Positions 49,323-63,332 are shown, counted from the first letter of the whole stretch. The stretch is DNA of 63,942 nucleotides, filler included, from Octopus bimaculoides (GCF_001194135.2; 8 parts of 7 records of this genome joined end to end with filler, not necessarily neighbours in it), one strand, 5' to 3'. The notes: generated by a model from the sequence alone, not told the origin. Made by a program: numbers and translations.

Positions 49323-49688
49323 ATCGTTATTAATCCAAACAAGCGAAAGAACAAAAGAAATCAACTTGAAAATGCACAGAGAATTAAATTAGATTTAATT
49401 TGAATTTAATTATATTTTAAAAGTTAGGAATACACTTTACCGGTTTCACATTAGATTTTTAAACGAGTATAGTGTATGGAACTGTGTTGTGAATTAATCT
49501 ATTTTGGGCCGTTATAAAGGTATTTTTTTTAGTAGGAATGTAGCTCTAAATGCTCTCCATTAATGTACAAATTGATTGGTCAACTTTCATGTATTATGCC
49601 TATGTGACCGCAGCGCGAGAAGGTCACATAACAATTTTTCTCCATTGAATATTCATACGAAAGCTAAAACAGAGAGATATGAATATAA

Positions 49689-49735
<47 letters not shown>

Positions 49736-50009
49736 TACATACATACATACATACATACATACATACAGCTATCTAGCTATACGACACACTCTCTGTGTCC
49801 TTATATTTTCGAACAGGGGAGTTTAGCTTCACCACTCAGCACAAGACAATATTTGAGGACCGCAGTTTCTGGGTTATTTCTCTTTCTCAACACAGAATTA
49901 TTGCTTGGATAGAGATGGCGCTGCTAAATTTCTGTTCGAAATATTTTCGAACAGGAATTGAAAACAAGTTAAGAGTAGCAACATCACACTAGATAAAGCA
50001 AATACAAAC

Positions 50010-51070
50010 ACTTAGGAATCAATGAAGTAGATACGATACAACACACATAAATGAAAGAAAAAATAAAGAAAGAGTACTATAGACGAGTTAGATTAATACT
50101 GAAAACAGAGCTTAATGTGAAAAACAAGATAATAGGTGTCAACACTCTAGCCGTCCATATTATAAGTTACAACTATAATATTCTTAACAGAACTCTAAAT
50201 GAACTAATCAAAATAGACAGAAAGACAAGAAAAATAATGACAGGATTTAGGATGCACCACCCAAAATCTGACATAGAAAGGTTATATATACAACGTATGG
50301 AAGGAGGTAGAGGCCTTAGACAGCTAGAAAGCTATTACAAAATAATCACCACAGGACTAGAAATACCTACTTCAGAAGCTAGGAAAACTAATACAAATAG
50401 CCACAAAACACGAGCAAAACAAAAAATTGTTTCCAGTTTTTAAGATAGCTGACAAATACAAAAAAGAAGCCATAGTACCTAACAACTATGAAGAAAAGAA
50501 GAAACACCAAAAACCGTAAAACAACTGAAATCCAAGCTAAAACTGGAAGAGCATGATAAAACGATGGTAAGAAAAGCTGCTTCATGGCAAATACTAGGTT
50601 GAACTACACAGAAAAGAAATAGACAAAGCAAAATCCCGATAATGGCTGAGAAGCTCAGAACTCAAAGCAGAGACTGAGGGATTTATAATTGCAGCACAAG
50701 ACCATAGCCACCCCAACAGAAATAACCAAAGACATATAACCAAAAGAAATACAAGTGACTGTAGAATACGTTTTGATGGACAAGAAACAATAAATCATAT
50801 TTTCTCTGGCTGCCCAGTCCTGGCTAAGAAGGAATATATTCACAGACATGACAGATTTAGAACCTATATACCCTGGAAGCTATGCCAACACTGTGGAATA
50901 AGGCCAACAGGCTGGATATAGTTATCAGAGATCATCAAGTAAAACAAAAGATTCTTTCTAATTGGTTTATCAATACGGACAGATGACAAAGTTTCTCTAA
51001 AAAGAAACGGAGAAACTTTCAAAATACAAAGATTTGGAAATAGAGGTAACTCGAATGTGGAGTCTGATAA
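50010..51070 (+). mobile_element. Decayed R4/Dong-clade non-LTR element, 3' half (thumb, CCHC, RLE)
   Basis: MKEKIKKEYYRRVRLILKTELN..HHPKSDIERLYIQRMEGGRGL; LKAETEGFIIAAQD; ETINHIFSGCPVLAKKEYIHRHD. Confidence 0.85.
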
Positions 51071-51074
51071 CATT

Positions 51075-52110
51075 CTACCATGTATAAAATTTTAACATCC
51101 ATCCTCATGGAGAAAACATACAAATTTATGGAACAAAACAATATTTTCCCCAATGAAGAAAAAGGGTATTGACGAAGCTCATATGGATGCAAAGACCAAC
51201 TCTTAATCAATCGCATGATCCATGAGAACTGTTATAACATGCAGAAATCTCAGTTCCGCATGGATTGATTATAAAAGGCCTTTGGCAGCACACCGTATTT
51301 ATGGATCTTGAAATCGCTGGATATCTTCAAAATTTTTTCCTTTGATTTCAAATTTCCTGAAGCATATGTCAGTGTGGAATACGAATCTTCCGTAATACCA
51401 CTCTAATGGAGTACTGACCACAAAAAATATTAATATCAGTTGAGGAATTTTCCAAAGTGACTCACTTTCACCTTTAATTTTCTGCATAGCCCTAATAACT
51501 CTCACAAGTGAACTTAACAAAACAAGGTATGGATGTAAAATTGGCGACAAGAAAATAAGTCATCTATTTTATATGGATGACTTAAAACTCTATGGCAAAG
51601 ACGATAATGAACTTGAAGGACGACTACGTACTGTAAAAGCATTCAGTGATGACATCGGGATGGAATTTGGTTTTGATAAATATGTCAAGGCCATTTTCCA
51701 GAAAGGGAAATTGAAGACTTCGCATTCAACGGTGTTGGATGTTGGCACAATCATAAAAGGACTCGAGCAGGAGAAAACTTACAAATACCTTCGAATAAAT
51801 GAGGGCTCTGGCATTCAGCATGCAAGTATGAAAGAGAAGATCAGGAGGGAGTGTTACGGGAGAGTTTGAGCAGTCCTAAAATCCGAGTTAAATGCACGTA
51901 ACAAGGTGTTTGCTATGAATTCCTTAGCAGTTCCGGTTGTTATTTACAATTTCAGTGTGTTGATCTGGAATATGAACGAAATAAGGAAGATTGACAGAAA
52001 AATAAGATGCACTACCCAAGGGCAGATGCAGATCGCCTTTACCTACCCAGAACTCAAGGGGGTCGAGGCTTGATCCAATTTGAAATCTCCTACAAAGCCA
52101 CCAGAATTTA
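51075..52110 (+). mobile_element. Second decayed R4/Dong-clade copy (RT core)
   Basis: GCKDQLLIN; AWIDYK; GIFQSDSLSPLIFCIAL; SHLFYMDDLKLYGK; RADADRLYLPRTQGGRGLIQ. Confidence 0.88.
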
Positions 52111-52271
52111 ACTGTTGCTGTTGCTCTTCTTCTTCTTCTTCTTCTTCTTCTTCTTCTTCTNNNNNNNNNNNNNNNNNNNNNNNNNNNNNNNNNNNNNNNN
52201 NNNNTTAATTAATTAANNNNNNNNNNNNNNNNNNNNNNNNNNNNNNNNNNNNNNNNNNNNTTTGCTCACAG

Positions 52272-52471
52272 TATATCCAGAAAACGAAGAAGACACAAGG
52301 AAGGCTGAAGCTCGTCGCCGAAGCATGAATGCCCGCATGAAGTTATTCAACACGATTCTTTTTCTGTCATTGATTATGGTTGGGGCAGGTGTAGCAATAA
52401 AAATACTCGATGGTATTTTAAAAGACAAACCCTCACCAGCACTTCCCGATATATGTAATGAGATTGCTTAA
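52272..52471 (+). CDS. Candidate terminal coding exon of a single-pass membrane protein
   Basis: tttgctcacag acceptor (alternative acceptor gives start 52281); YPENEEDTRKAEARRRSMNARMKLFNTILFLSLIMVGAGVAIKILDGILKDKPSPALPDICNEIA*. One clean hydrophobic helix; codon first positions are purine-rich. Confidence 0.45.
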
Positions 52472-52533
52472 TTTTACTTATGCCCACTAGGTAAAATGCA
52501 CTTATACATACATGCATAGATTCAAGTATGCAT

Positions 52534-52948
52534 ATTTACTCTTTTTTTACTCTTTTACTTGTTTCAGTCTTTTGACTGCGGCCATGCTGGAGCACCGCCT
52601 TTAGTCGAAGAAATCGACCCCAGGACTTATTCTTTGGAAGCCTAGTACTTATTCTATCGGTCTCTTTTGCCGAACCACTAAGTTACGGGGACATAAACAC
52701 ACCAGCATCGGTTGTCAAGCGATGTTGTGGGGACAAACACAGACACACAAACACACACATATATATATATATATACATATATACGATGGGTTTCTTTCAG
52801 TTTCCGTCTACCAAATCCACTCACAAGGCTTTGGTCGGCCCGAGGCTATAGTAGAAGGCACTTGCCCAAGATGCCACGCAGTGGGACTGAACCCGGGACC
52901 ATGTGGTTGGTAAGCAAGCTACTTACCACACAGCCTCTCCTACGCCTA
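52534..52948 (-). mobile_element. SINE family A, full length and well conserved
   Basis: Complete head, body, central microsatellite and (aagagtaaa) tail. Confidence 0.9.
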
Positions 52949-53418
52949 TATAAGTATATATGTATGTGCTTATATATATATATATATTATTAATAAATTC
53001 ATTAACAATATTCACAGGAAATCAATATTCCAATTTCTGAAGGATATATGTTTTATATGACACAATAATCATTTTGAATTATAATTAAATTAAAATTAAA
53101 GATATACAAAATATAACTGTATATAAAAAATATAAATGTTTATAAAAATATATGCGTACATAAATGTATATAAAAATGTAAGCGTAAATGAGTATAAATA
53201 TAATTCGATTAAAATATGAAAGTCTAAAATGCATCTTACGATCGTTTCATGGATATTATTGCCTTTATAATGTAATCTAATATAGACAAGCGTATTGGCA
53301 AAAATTCCGCTCTTCAGAGATGTATAAAGTTATTATTATATATGTGAAAACGAATGGTATACATAATAAAATATGCTATAGGATATATTCTAAAATATGC
53401 TATAGGATAATGTTCTTT

Positions 53419-53452
<34 letters not shown>

Positions 53453-53477
53453 CAAACACACACACACACACACAAAA

Positions 53478-53624
53478 TATAATTATATAGATATAATTAT
53501 AAGGGCACTAATGAATAGTGCCACATGCGCAAAAAATGTAGTTTTTGGAGAAATTTGGCGTCTATTTCTAGCATGTGGCTCTACTCATTAGCACCTTTGT
53601 TATAATTATATTTATATAATTATA
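53478..53624. repeat. Imperfect palindromic element
   Basis: ataattataagggcactaatgaatagtgccacatgc pairs with gcatgtggctctactcattagcacctttgttataattat. Confidence 0.75.
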
Positions 53625-54401
53625 TAGATCTTGTATTAATTGTTACTTATATGGTTTTATAACATGCTGGCTACTTGATAAAATCTTATAAAGATTTTAT
53701 CTTTGAATATGAATATAAATAACTTCAACCAATAAATCTACTCCGGTAGTATACACACATGGCTGAGAAGAACGAATTAGATTTAGCATGTACATAACTT
53801 TGAACAATTGTATATGCGCTTGTGGATATGTGGTATCCGTGTGGGCATGTATAAATATTTATAACTATGTACATTGAGTTGTACCATGATGGTGACGGTA
53901 AAGGAAGTTAATCCCTAAACTAGAAATTGATCTATGGTTAAAGCATTAAAAATATATTTGTTTTGTTCATTTCCCTCGCTTTTGGTCCGTACCAATGTGG
54001 TAAATAATGTATTTCTTGGAGCCAGGATGTTACTAACCTTTTTTGAAAGTCCTTTTCCTGGTGTGTGAGCGCTTACGATTAACCTTTTCAAACACAAGTT
54101 CTCTGAGTTGTACCGCCTGACTGGCCTTCGTGCAGGTGACACGTAAAAGCACCCACTACACTCTCTGAGTGGTTAGCATTATGAAGGGCATACATTTGCC
54201 AGTATCATCGAATTTGCAACTGGAATATCATACCGATGAGGTAATGAAGAGTTTTTCTTTCTAAACCAGAAACATGTATATGATTAACTATGGCTAGTTT
54301 ANNNNNNNNNNNNNNNNNNNNNNNNNNNNNNNNNNNNNNNNNNNNTTAATTAATTAANNNNNNNNNNNNNNNNNNNNNNNNNNNNNNNNNNNNNNNNNNN
54401 N

Positions 54402-54438
<37 letters not shown>

Positions 54439-54587
54439 ATATATATATATACATATATATATCGATGCATGCACACACACACACACACATATATGCATAT
54501 ACATATTCATATGTATATTCGTATAAATACATACATGCACTAGCATTTTATAGATGTAAATAAGTGTATATATATATATGTGTGTGC

Positions 54588-54619
<32 letters not shown>

Positions 54620-55861
54620 GTGTATGTGTAAATATATGTATGTGCACACACACACACAAATGTATATTCATATACATTTACATGCACCTACAAGTTTATA
54701 TATATACATACATACAATCATACAAATATCTAAATATATATATATGCACATGCAATGCATGTAAGTGAATTTTTAAATTCATTTGACATAATTCGAATTT
54801 ATGAAACAATGATAAGAACAAAAGCAATGACTAAATATATATGAATTGGCAACAAAAACAAAACAAAAATACTTTTAGAAAAGTGAATGGAAAGTAAAAT
54901 TTAAGAAAGAAAATTTCAGAGATGATTGTTGCTGGAAATTTTAGCAGGAATCTTCTGAAGTTTCTTTGTAGATGGCGTCATACTTTGAATCCTGGTGATA
55001 ATGGGCTTGAGACTGTCACGTAGATATATTTCTGGATTTTCTGAAATAGTGATTTGGAGGGGTATTTTTTGGTGATGGTGGTGGTGAGGTGGTGGGGATA
55101 GTTTGTTCTTTCTATATCAGTCTTTACATGTTCACACATCTTCAGAAATTCTCTCTATGTAACAAGCTATACATATGTACATTCATACTCACATACATAC
55201 ACATATAAATGTATATATATGTATATATATGTATGTATATGTATGTATATGTATGTATGTATATATNNNNNNNNNNNNNNNNNNNNNNNNNNNNNNNNNN
55301 NNNNNNNNNNNNNNNNNNNNNNNNNNNNNNNNNNNNNNNNNNNNNNNNNNNNNNNNNNNNNNNNNNNNNNNNNNNNNNNNNNNNNNNNNNNNNNNNNNNN
55401 NNNNNNNNNNNNNNNNNNNNNNNNNNNNNNNNNNNNNNNNNNNNNNNNNNNNNNNNNNNNNNNNNNNNNNNNNNNNNNNNNNNNNNNNNNNNNNNNNNNN
55501 NNNNNNNNNNNNNNNNNNNNNNNNNNNNNNNNNNNNNNNNNNNNNNNNATATAAATGTATATATGTGTGTATATATATATATATGTGTGTTTTTATATAT
55601 GTATGTATATGCGTGTGTGTATGTATATGTGTATATTTCAATGTATATTATATGATACTATGTAAGGCTATGTTTAGGAAATTGAGAATTTTATTATTCA
55701 TAGAATATGTATTTTTATTTAGGGAATTGAAAGAACAATTCTTCACAGTTTGAAGAATTTTACTTTTAATTCACCAATTCTTCCAGCATCTGGCCATAAA
55801 ACTCTGTCTCAGAAAAATGGTATGGAAAAGCAAACATACAACATTTATGCTAATGCATCAA

Positions 55862-56022
55862 TGCAGGCATGGCTGTGTGGTTAGAAGTTTGCTTACAAGC
55901 CATGTGGCTATAGGTTCAGTTCCACTGCATGGCATTTTAGGCAAGTGTCTTCTACTGTAGCCTCAAGTCAACCAAAGCCTTGTGAGTGGATTTGATAGAG
56001 GGGAAACTGAAAAAGCTTGTTG
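55862..56022 (+). mobile_element. SINE family A 5' part; opposite-strand tails at about 56035-56088 and 56540-56598
   Basis: gcaggcatggctgtgtggttagaag...gcaagtgtcttctactgtagcc. Confidence 0.75.
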
Positions 56023-56210
56023 TTTACATCTTAATCTTTTATTTGTTTCAGTTATTCGACTGTGGCCATGCTGGGGCACCCCTTGAATCATATGGAGTGG
56101 TTAGCCCTTCCTAACACCAACCACATCATATATTGTACTGAGTGATTTTAATGCGGTACCAGCACTAGTATCAATTCTGCTGTGGTAGATGAGTCTTCTT
56201 GAGTACACCA

Positions 56211-56246
<36 letters not shown>

Positions 56247-56592
56247 TCCACCGGTTTTTCCATGCAAGCAGTATAGATTAGATGAAAAAATTATTGATGC
56301 ACTGTTTTATAGCTGGATGCTTTTCCTGTCATTAACCCTTACCTATCTTCAAACACACCGATCCAGAAGATTTGTTCACAAGGAAATGATAGGGTCCTGC
56401 TTGTAGTTAATAAATTTTCAAGATGTACAAATGACATGTACATATCTACATATATAGACATGCATATACACACAAACATATATATAAATGTATATACAAA
56501 CATGCATACACACACACACATACACACATATATATAATCTTTTATTCTTTTACTTGCTTCAGTCATTTTGACTGCAGCCATGCTGGAGCACC

Positions 56593-56631
<39 letters not shown>

Positions 56632-57065
56632 NNNNNNNNNNNNNNNNNNNNNNNNNNNNNNNNNNNNNNNNNNNNTTAATTAATTAANNNNNNNNNNNNN
56701 NNNNNNNNNNNNNNNNNNNNNNNNNNNNNNNATACACATACACATATGTATGTATGTCTGTATGTATATATGTATGTATGTCTGTATGTATGTATATATG
56801 TATGTATCTATGTTGTATGCGCCTATACGAAATACAAATTTGTGTATATGTGTATATTTGTGACCTACAAATAATAGAAAACTTGCGGTAATTTCTTTCT
56901 ATGAAGGAATATATATATATACTCTCACATACATTCACACATACACACACACACGCACACGCACACACATACATATATATATATAGAGAGAAATATGCGA
57001 GTATGTGAATATCTGTATGTATGAATATATATAAGTATATATACCTGTATATCTATAGTATACAC

Positions 57066-57146
<81 letters not shown>

Positions 57147-58229
57147 TATTGATACCATGTTTGTGGGATATGTTTGCATATATGAATTTGTATATGTGCT
57201 TATGTGTGCTTGTTTATACGAGTGTTTATGTGCGCCTGTATATTTTACATAGCATACAGTTCTTTAATATGTCACCACATAATAACAGACAAGTAGACAC
57301 TATTTTAGATTCAAGCATAATAGAATGAAAATATAGTTTGCATAGACTTTGATGTAACTTTCTTTGTTAGCAATAGTGCATATATATATATATTTTTCCT
57401 CTCCCTTTAATATATGTATCTGTAGTGACACATTCTGTATAGAAAGTAAAAGAAATGCGAATAAGCTTGAAGGAGACAATAAAGAAAAAGGAGTTGAAAG
57501 AATAGGTGGAAAGAAAGGATGACCGAGAGAATGAATGAATGAAAAGAAAAAGACAGGGAGAAGGAAAGAAGAAAGGAAAGAATGTAATTTCCGCCGATGT
57601 AACATCCTTAGCTATTCAGTTCTCCTTTCTATCGGTGTCTCTATCTCATTCTCAATCAAACTCCAGTATATATATATATATATATATATATATATNNNNN
57701 NNNNNNNNNNNNNNNNNNNNNNNNNNNNNNNNNNNNNNNNNNNNNNNNNNNNNNNNNNNNNNNNNNNNNNNNNNNNNNNNNNNNNNNNNNNNNNNNNNNN
57801 NNNNNNNNNNNNNNNNNNNNNNNNNNNNNNNNNNNNNNNNNNNNNNNNNNNNNNNNNNNNNNNNNNNNNNNNNNNNNNNNNNNNNNNNNNNNNNNNNNNN
57901 NNNNNNNNNNNNNNNNNNNNNNNNNNNNNNNNNNNNNNNNNNNNNNNNNNNNNNNNNNNNNNNNNNNNNNNNNNNNNNNNNNNNNNNNNNNNNNNNNNNN
58001 NNNNNNNNNNNNNNNNNNNNNNNNNNNNNNNNNNNNNNNNNNNNNNNNNNNNNNNNNNNNNNNNNNNNNNNNNNNNNNNNNNNNNNNNNNNNNNNNNNNN
58101 NNNNNNNNNNNNNNNNNNNNNNNNNNNNNNNNNNNNNNNNNNNNNNNNNNNNNNNNNNNNNNNNNNNNNNNNNNNNNNNNNNNNNNNNNNNNNNNNNNNN
58201 NNNNNNNNNNNNNNNNNNNNNNNNNNNNN

Positions 58230-58261
<32 letters not shown>

Positions 58262-59082
58262 TACATATATATACGGATAGATAGAAATAGATAGAGATAG
58301 AAAGATAGATAGAAAGGTAGATAGATAATCATGGTAACCTATTTCCTTGACGAAAACATTTATGTAGTTTTATATTTAGGTAACTAAATGACAATAATTT
58401 TTTATTCATCACATGGAGACGCACTAAGGCGTACGTTATATACAAATATATGTATATATATATATATATATATGTGTGCATGTGTGTGTGTGTGTGAGTG
58501 TGTGTGTGTGTGCGTNNNNNNNNNNTGTGTGTGTGTGTGTGTGTGTGTATGTGAATGTATATATGTATATACATATATATATATATGTATATATGTATAC
58601 ACACACACATATATATATATGTATATATTTATATTTGCATATGCATTTATATACATATATATATATATTTATATATATATATATATATGTGTGTGTGTAT
58701 TTATACATATTTACATACATGTATATATCTTTCGTATGTATTAACAGATATATAAATACATGTTTGAATGTGTACATATATGTACACATCTATATGCTTA
58801 TATATGTATGNNNNNNNNNNNNNNNNNNNNNNNNNNNNNNNNNNNNNNNNNNNNTTAATTAATTAANNNNNNNNNNNNNNNNNNNNNNNNNNNNNNNNNN
58901 NNNNNNNNNNATATATATATATATATATATACATACACACATACGCATACATATGTAGCTCTTTCATTTTAAAACATTTCAGTCTCTATAAACAAACACC
59001 GAATGCAAATAAATTTAATTGAATCACCAGCACCATGCGAAGCACTTAACGTATGTGCTATATGTATTCCCTTGTGCGGTAG

Positions 59083-59172
59083 ATATGTTCAAAGTATTCG
59101 TCTTGGAAATAACATACTTGATACACAATGTAATCTTCTCGATAACATCAGAAACGAATGTAATAAATATTG
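59083..59172 (+). CDS. Candidate 90-nt symmetric exon, possibly one leucine-rich repeat
   Basis: ttcccttgtgcggtag acceptor and TG|GTAAGT donor. Frame YVQSIRLGNNILDTQCNLLDNIRNECNKY fits LxxLxLxxNxL; a second frame is also open. Confidence 0.35.
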
Positions 59173-60709
59173 GTAAGTTTACTGTGATACCTTGACGAAC
59201 ATGCGTTCATCTTTTCGTCTTGTTCCCACTGGGAGATATCTATAAACACTCAGCTAGATTAAACTGTTACTAGATTTAATCACTCTGCCTTTTTCCTCTA
59301 ATATTGCATTTAAAGTATTAGGCTTATTTTTGATATTCATTTCAAAAGTTCTCGTGATTTGGGTTATTCCTTTTGAAATATAACATTGTATATTCATTAT
59401 TTAAACGATGTTAACCATATGAACCCGCCTAAGTATTTCTCTTAAGGTCTGTAGATAAAATTAAATATTTAAGACGCTGTCTTGGCAACCAAGAAACCAT
59501 ATGTTGTACCCCAACATGGTACAAAAAAGCTGTCCTTATAACTGGCCTCGAGTCGAGGCAAATGTGTGGAAATTTGATATAGAGGGCATATGGATGGACC
59601 CGGGAATGGTTGTTACCTGTAATTAAAACTGAGGTCCAAATTGTTGCTGTGATCTCGAACGCGGTGTAATTGAAGAGAAGAATAACCGGGGGGAAAAATC
59701 ATGTACGTATATATTAAAAATGCACTTTTTGCTTCATAGAAACAGTCTTTGGAATTTTCTACATTTACCGTCGTAACTAGTATCTTTGATCATTGATTAT
59801 ATTGATTTATCTTGCTGAAGTTACTATCGAATTATAGATCCTAGCAGTTTCACTGTAGATCGACTGCATAAATAGAAAATATCATAAAGTATTGTTGCTA
59901 GGATATCATATTTTATAAGGCTGACTTCTCTTTTAATTAGAAAGCCTCCTCCGAAACAGAATTATTTAGATTTCATGATAAAAGAACAAACAGCGCTTTA
60001 AACAAAAAATGAACATGTAAATAGAATTTTAGTCACTTTGTTTTATTGGAAATTGTAACATGACGAATTATATTTAATTGTAATAAAGTTTGCAACTCAA
60101 AATACGTAAACGAAAATTGTTTATACTGAAATGAAAATCAAAATATTTCAAAGATGATTAAATATCGGTCATTGGTGCTATATGGCATTAAAGAATTATG
60201 GCATTATTCAAGAATATATCTGAGAACAATAAATATATTTCATAGGTTATGCGTGAGAAGAAAATTACTATTTCTTATGTCATTATAAATTATCCAAAAA
60301 TATTTTTGTTTTATATAAATAATAATGCATATATTCAGAACAAAAATATCGCAATTATAGAATAGCAAATGTTTGCTCGGCATAAAAAAAAAACTCTAAA
60401 TATTTCATGAATTGTCTTTCATCTAAATGATTTAAATTCATTTTTTGCTGATGGGAAGAACAACCAAGACTATAACCTGAACAACAGGAGATGCTTATAT
60501 TAACCAAATTACGTCTATTATTTATTATTTTCTTACTACAAGCATTAGGGAAAAAAATGATAAATGCTTTAGAATTTTTACGAACTAAAATAAAAATAAC
60601 TATTTAGGGAAAATAGAGGAAAAGTTTAGCAACGAAAAGTCAATGAATGATAATGGAAGTTGATGAGTCACAAAAGCATTGTTAATAATCATTATTTTAA
60701 AACTTATAA

Positions 60710-60711
60710 TG

Positions 60712-60787
<76 letters not shown>

Positions 60788-61005
60788 CTGCTATTAATAT
60801 AATCATAATCGTTAGTTGAATTCAAATATTAACGATAACAATGCAAAGAAAACAAGAACAATATCAACAGCAACAATAACAAAAACAGTAACAAGAACAG
60901 CAATGATAATAATAACAATAATAATAATGACCATAATAATAATAATGATGATGGTGATGATGAGGGTAATGATGGTGATGACGATTGTGATGATGATGAT
61001 GATGG
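60710..61005. repeat. (ATT)n and (AAT/GAT)n repeats
   Basis: Directly visible. Confidence 0.9.
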
Positions 61006-61009
61006 CTTT

Positions 61010-62700
61010 AGGAGATTCACTCTCAATGTTAAAATAAGCAGAGATAGAAAATAAATTCCATAATACCAACTACATAAACTATGCCTCGCTATCAGACATA
61101 GCACAAGAGAAAATACAATTTTCCGAACTTGAATTACCGTGGTGGACCGAACATACACATGACAAACAAAATAGGGAATTTAAGTAGAACTTTACTCAAA
61201 ATACCTACAGAAATAATCAACAGGGATTAAATAAAAACAATTTGTACACAAATATTGTTAAATGTCGATAAGAGGAACACGTAAATATATGGAACTGCTA
61301 ACGTGGAAAAATATGAATTTAGAAACCAAATTAATCAACAATATACACCCCAAGGATGAAAACAAAACAATTTTTGTCTAACGCAAATATAAGTAAAAGG
61401 GACACGAGCATAAATACGGAACGAATATACTTACAAAGACTCGCGGGTAATCACCTACTTATATAAAAATAACAAACCCAGAGTAAACAATATATACCAA
61501 GAAAATTACCAAAACATCACGAAATAAGGGAAGGTTTTTTTCATAATTAATACAAATAATAAGGAAATATACAACTAAAAATGACAAAACGATATGTAAA
61601 TGTTACAAAAATATTAATTAAATGATATAAAAGTATTTAAAATAAAAAACAGATCCTAGCTAAATAAGATGAGAGTCTCTAGGAATTAGAGATAACAACG
61701 ATTCCCTGAACAAACATTGTGATTCTATCGGAAACGATTTCATTGTAAAGAAATGCTTAATACTAAAGAATTCAAAGCCTGGATCAAAAGCAAAAGAAAC
61801 AATTATTTGGAAGCGGATGATCTTAGAAAAATTCAGTACCGAAGTGATTGTTGTTTAAACAGGTAGCAACAAAACAATTGTAGTCTGCCATAAATATCTC
61901 GAATGTATTTCAGATGTGCCAAACAACAAACACACCTGAATTCAGAAGGCTATTAAAATATCCCACGTTTCCAAATATAACAGAACTAAATAAGGTCCAA
62001 GCAGAGAAAGCTGATAAGATATTGAAAAAGGAAATAGATAATTCCTCAGTGTGGAGAAGCAGCTCATACTAAAAATTAGAAATTCAAATCTCTTCTGTAA
62101 GGTTAATACAAATTTGACTGCAGCGGTATCACAAGGAAGAAGGGTGGGTTTAAATGAAAATGAAACGATATTTGAGCAGAAGTGTTTCCATTGATTAAAA
62201 GTACATCCTTAAGAGGGGGAAAGAAAAGCATGAGTATGGAAGGGATTCACTACTATAAAATGGCAGCTGTGAAAAACAATTTTAAAAAATCAAAAAGTGT
62301 TGTCCCCAGCTTAGAAAAGCTACATAAATTGCGTTTATAAAATGAGGACGAAGAATTCCATATGGGTAATACCTGGAAAATCGTACAAATGTTGCAGGAA
62401 GTGATGCGAAAAATTGGAGACAAAGATTATACCGAATTGTTCTTGTGACTGTGCGAGAAACAACCAAAAGCAAACAATATTTAAATAACTCAAGAAGACA
62501 GAATGTTTCGGGAAAAATTAGAACTTTGTTACCGGCAGTCATATATTGGCACGAAACAGATACGGGAAAGGCAGAGTTGGAATTTTGATACATTGGAAGA
62601 TACACCATCATTATGAAATAGTAGGAGAAATAATGAGGGTATAAAATAACACTCGAAAAGTTAAAACAGAATGACAAGGAATATTTACTGTATTCCTTAG
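61010..62700 (+). mobile_element. Decayed CR1/L2-like LINE 5' half (ORF1 with SGNH-like motifs, start of APE)
   Basis: One frame reads CDSIGND..SKPGSKAKE..TEVIVV*TGSNK, like the GDS / PG / HxGxND blocks; later RYGKGRVGILIH is APE-like. A-rich sense strand with many stops. Confidence 0.45.
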
Positions 62701-63087
62701 ATCAATACTAACCATGAGATACTATTGCGAAGAAGTGAAAGAGAAAATGTGACACCAAAGTGAAGCAGCAATGAAAACAGATGTTAATATATCAAATAAA
62801 CAAAGATTTATTCAAATATCAAGAGACATTAATAAATGTGTCGAGTGGTAACAGACATAGTCCTTATATTTATAGGTACCTTGGGGATGTTTACAAACCA
62901 TGCTGAAACACATAACCGAAATTCCAAGTTATAAAATATAGATGAGTTATAGAAAATACCATCGGCACGTACTACATACACGCGCACAAACACACACGCG
63001 TGCACACAAACACACATAGAAATACACACACACGGACACACACACACACACGAACACACACACACACACTTTCAGTCTCTCCCTCTT

Positions 63088-63150
<63 letters not shown>

Positions 63151-63281
63151 TACACACACACATACACACACACACACACTTTCAAGAGAAAATACGGAAC
63201 GACAAGTAAAATACAAGGTCCACCTTTTTAGCTAGTCCTTTGAAAGCGTGCAAGAAGATGTATATTTCTGATTAGTGATAA

Positions 63282-63298
63282 TATTAATAATAATAATG

Positions 63299-63332
<34 letters not shown>

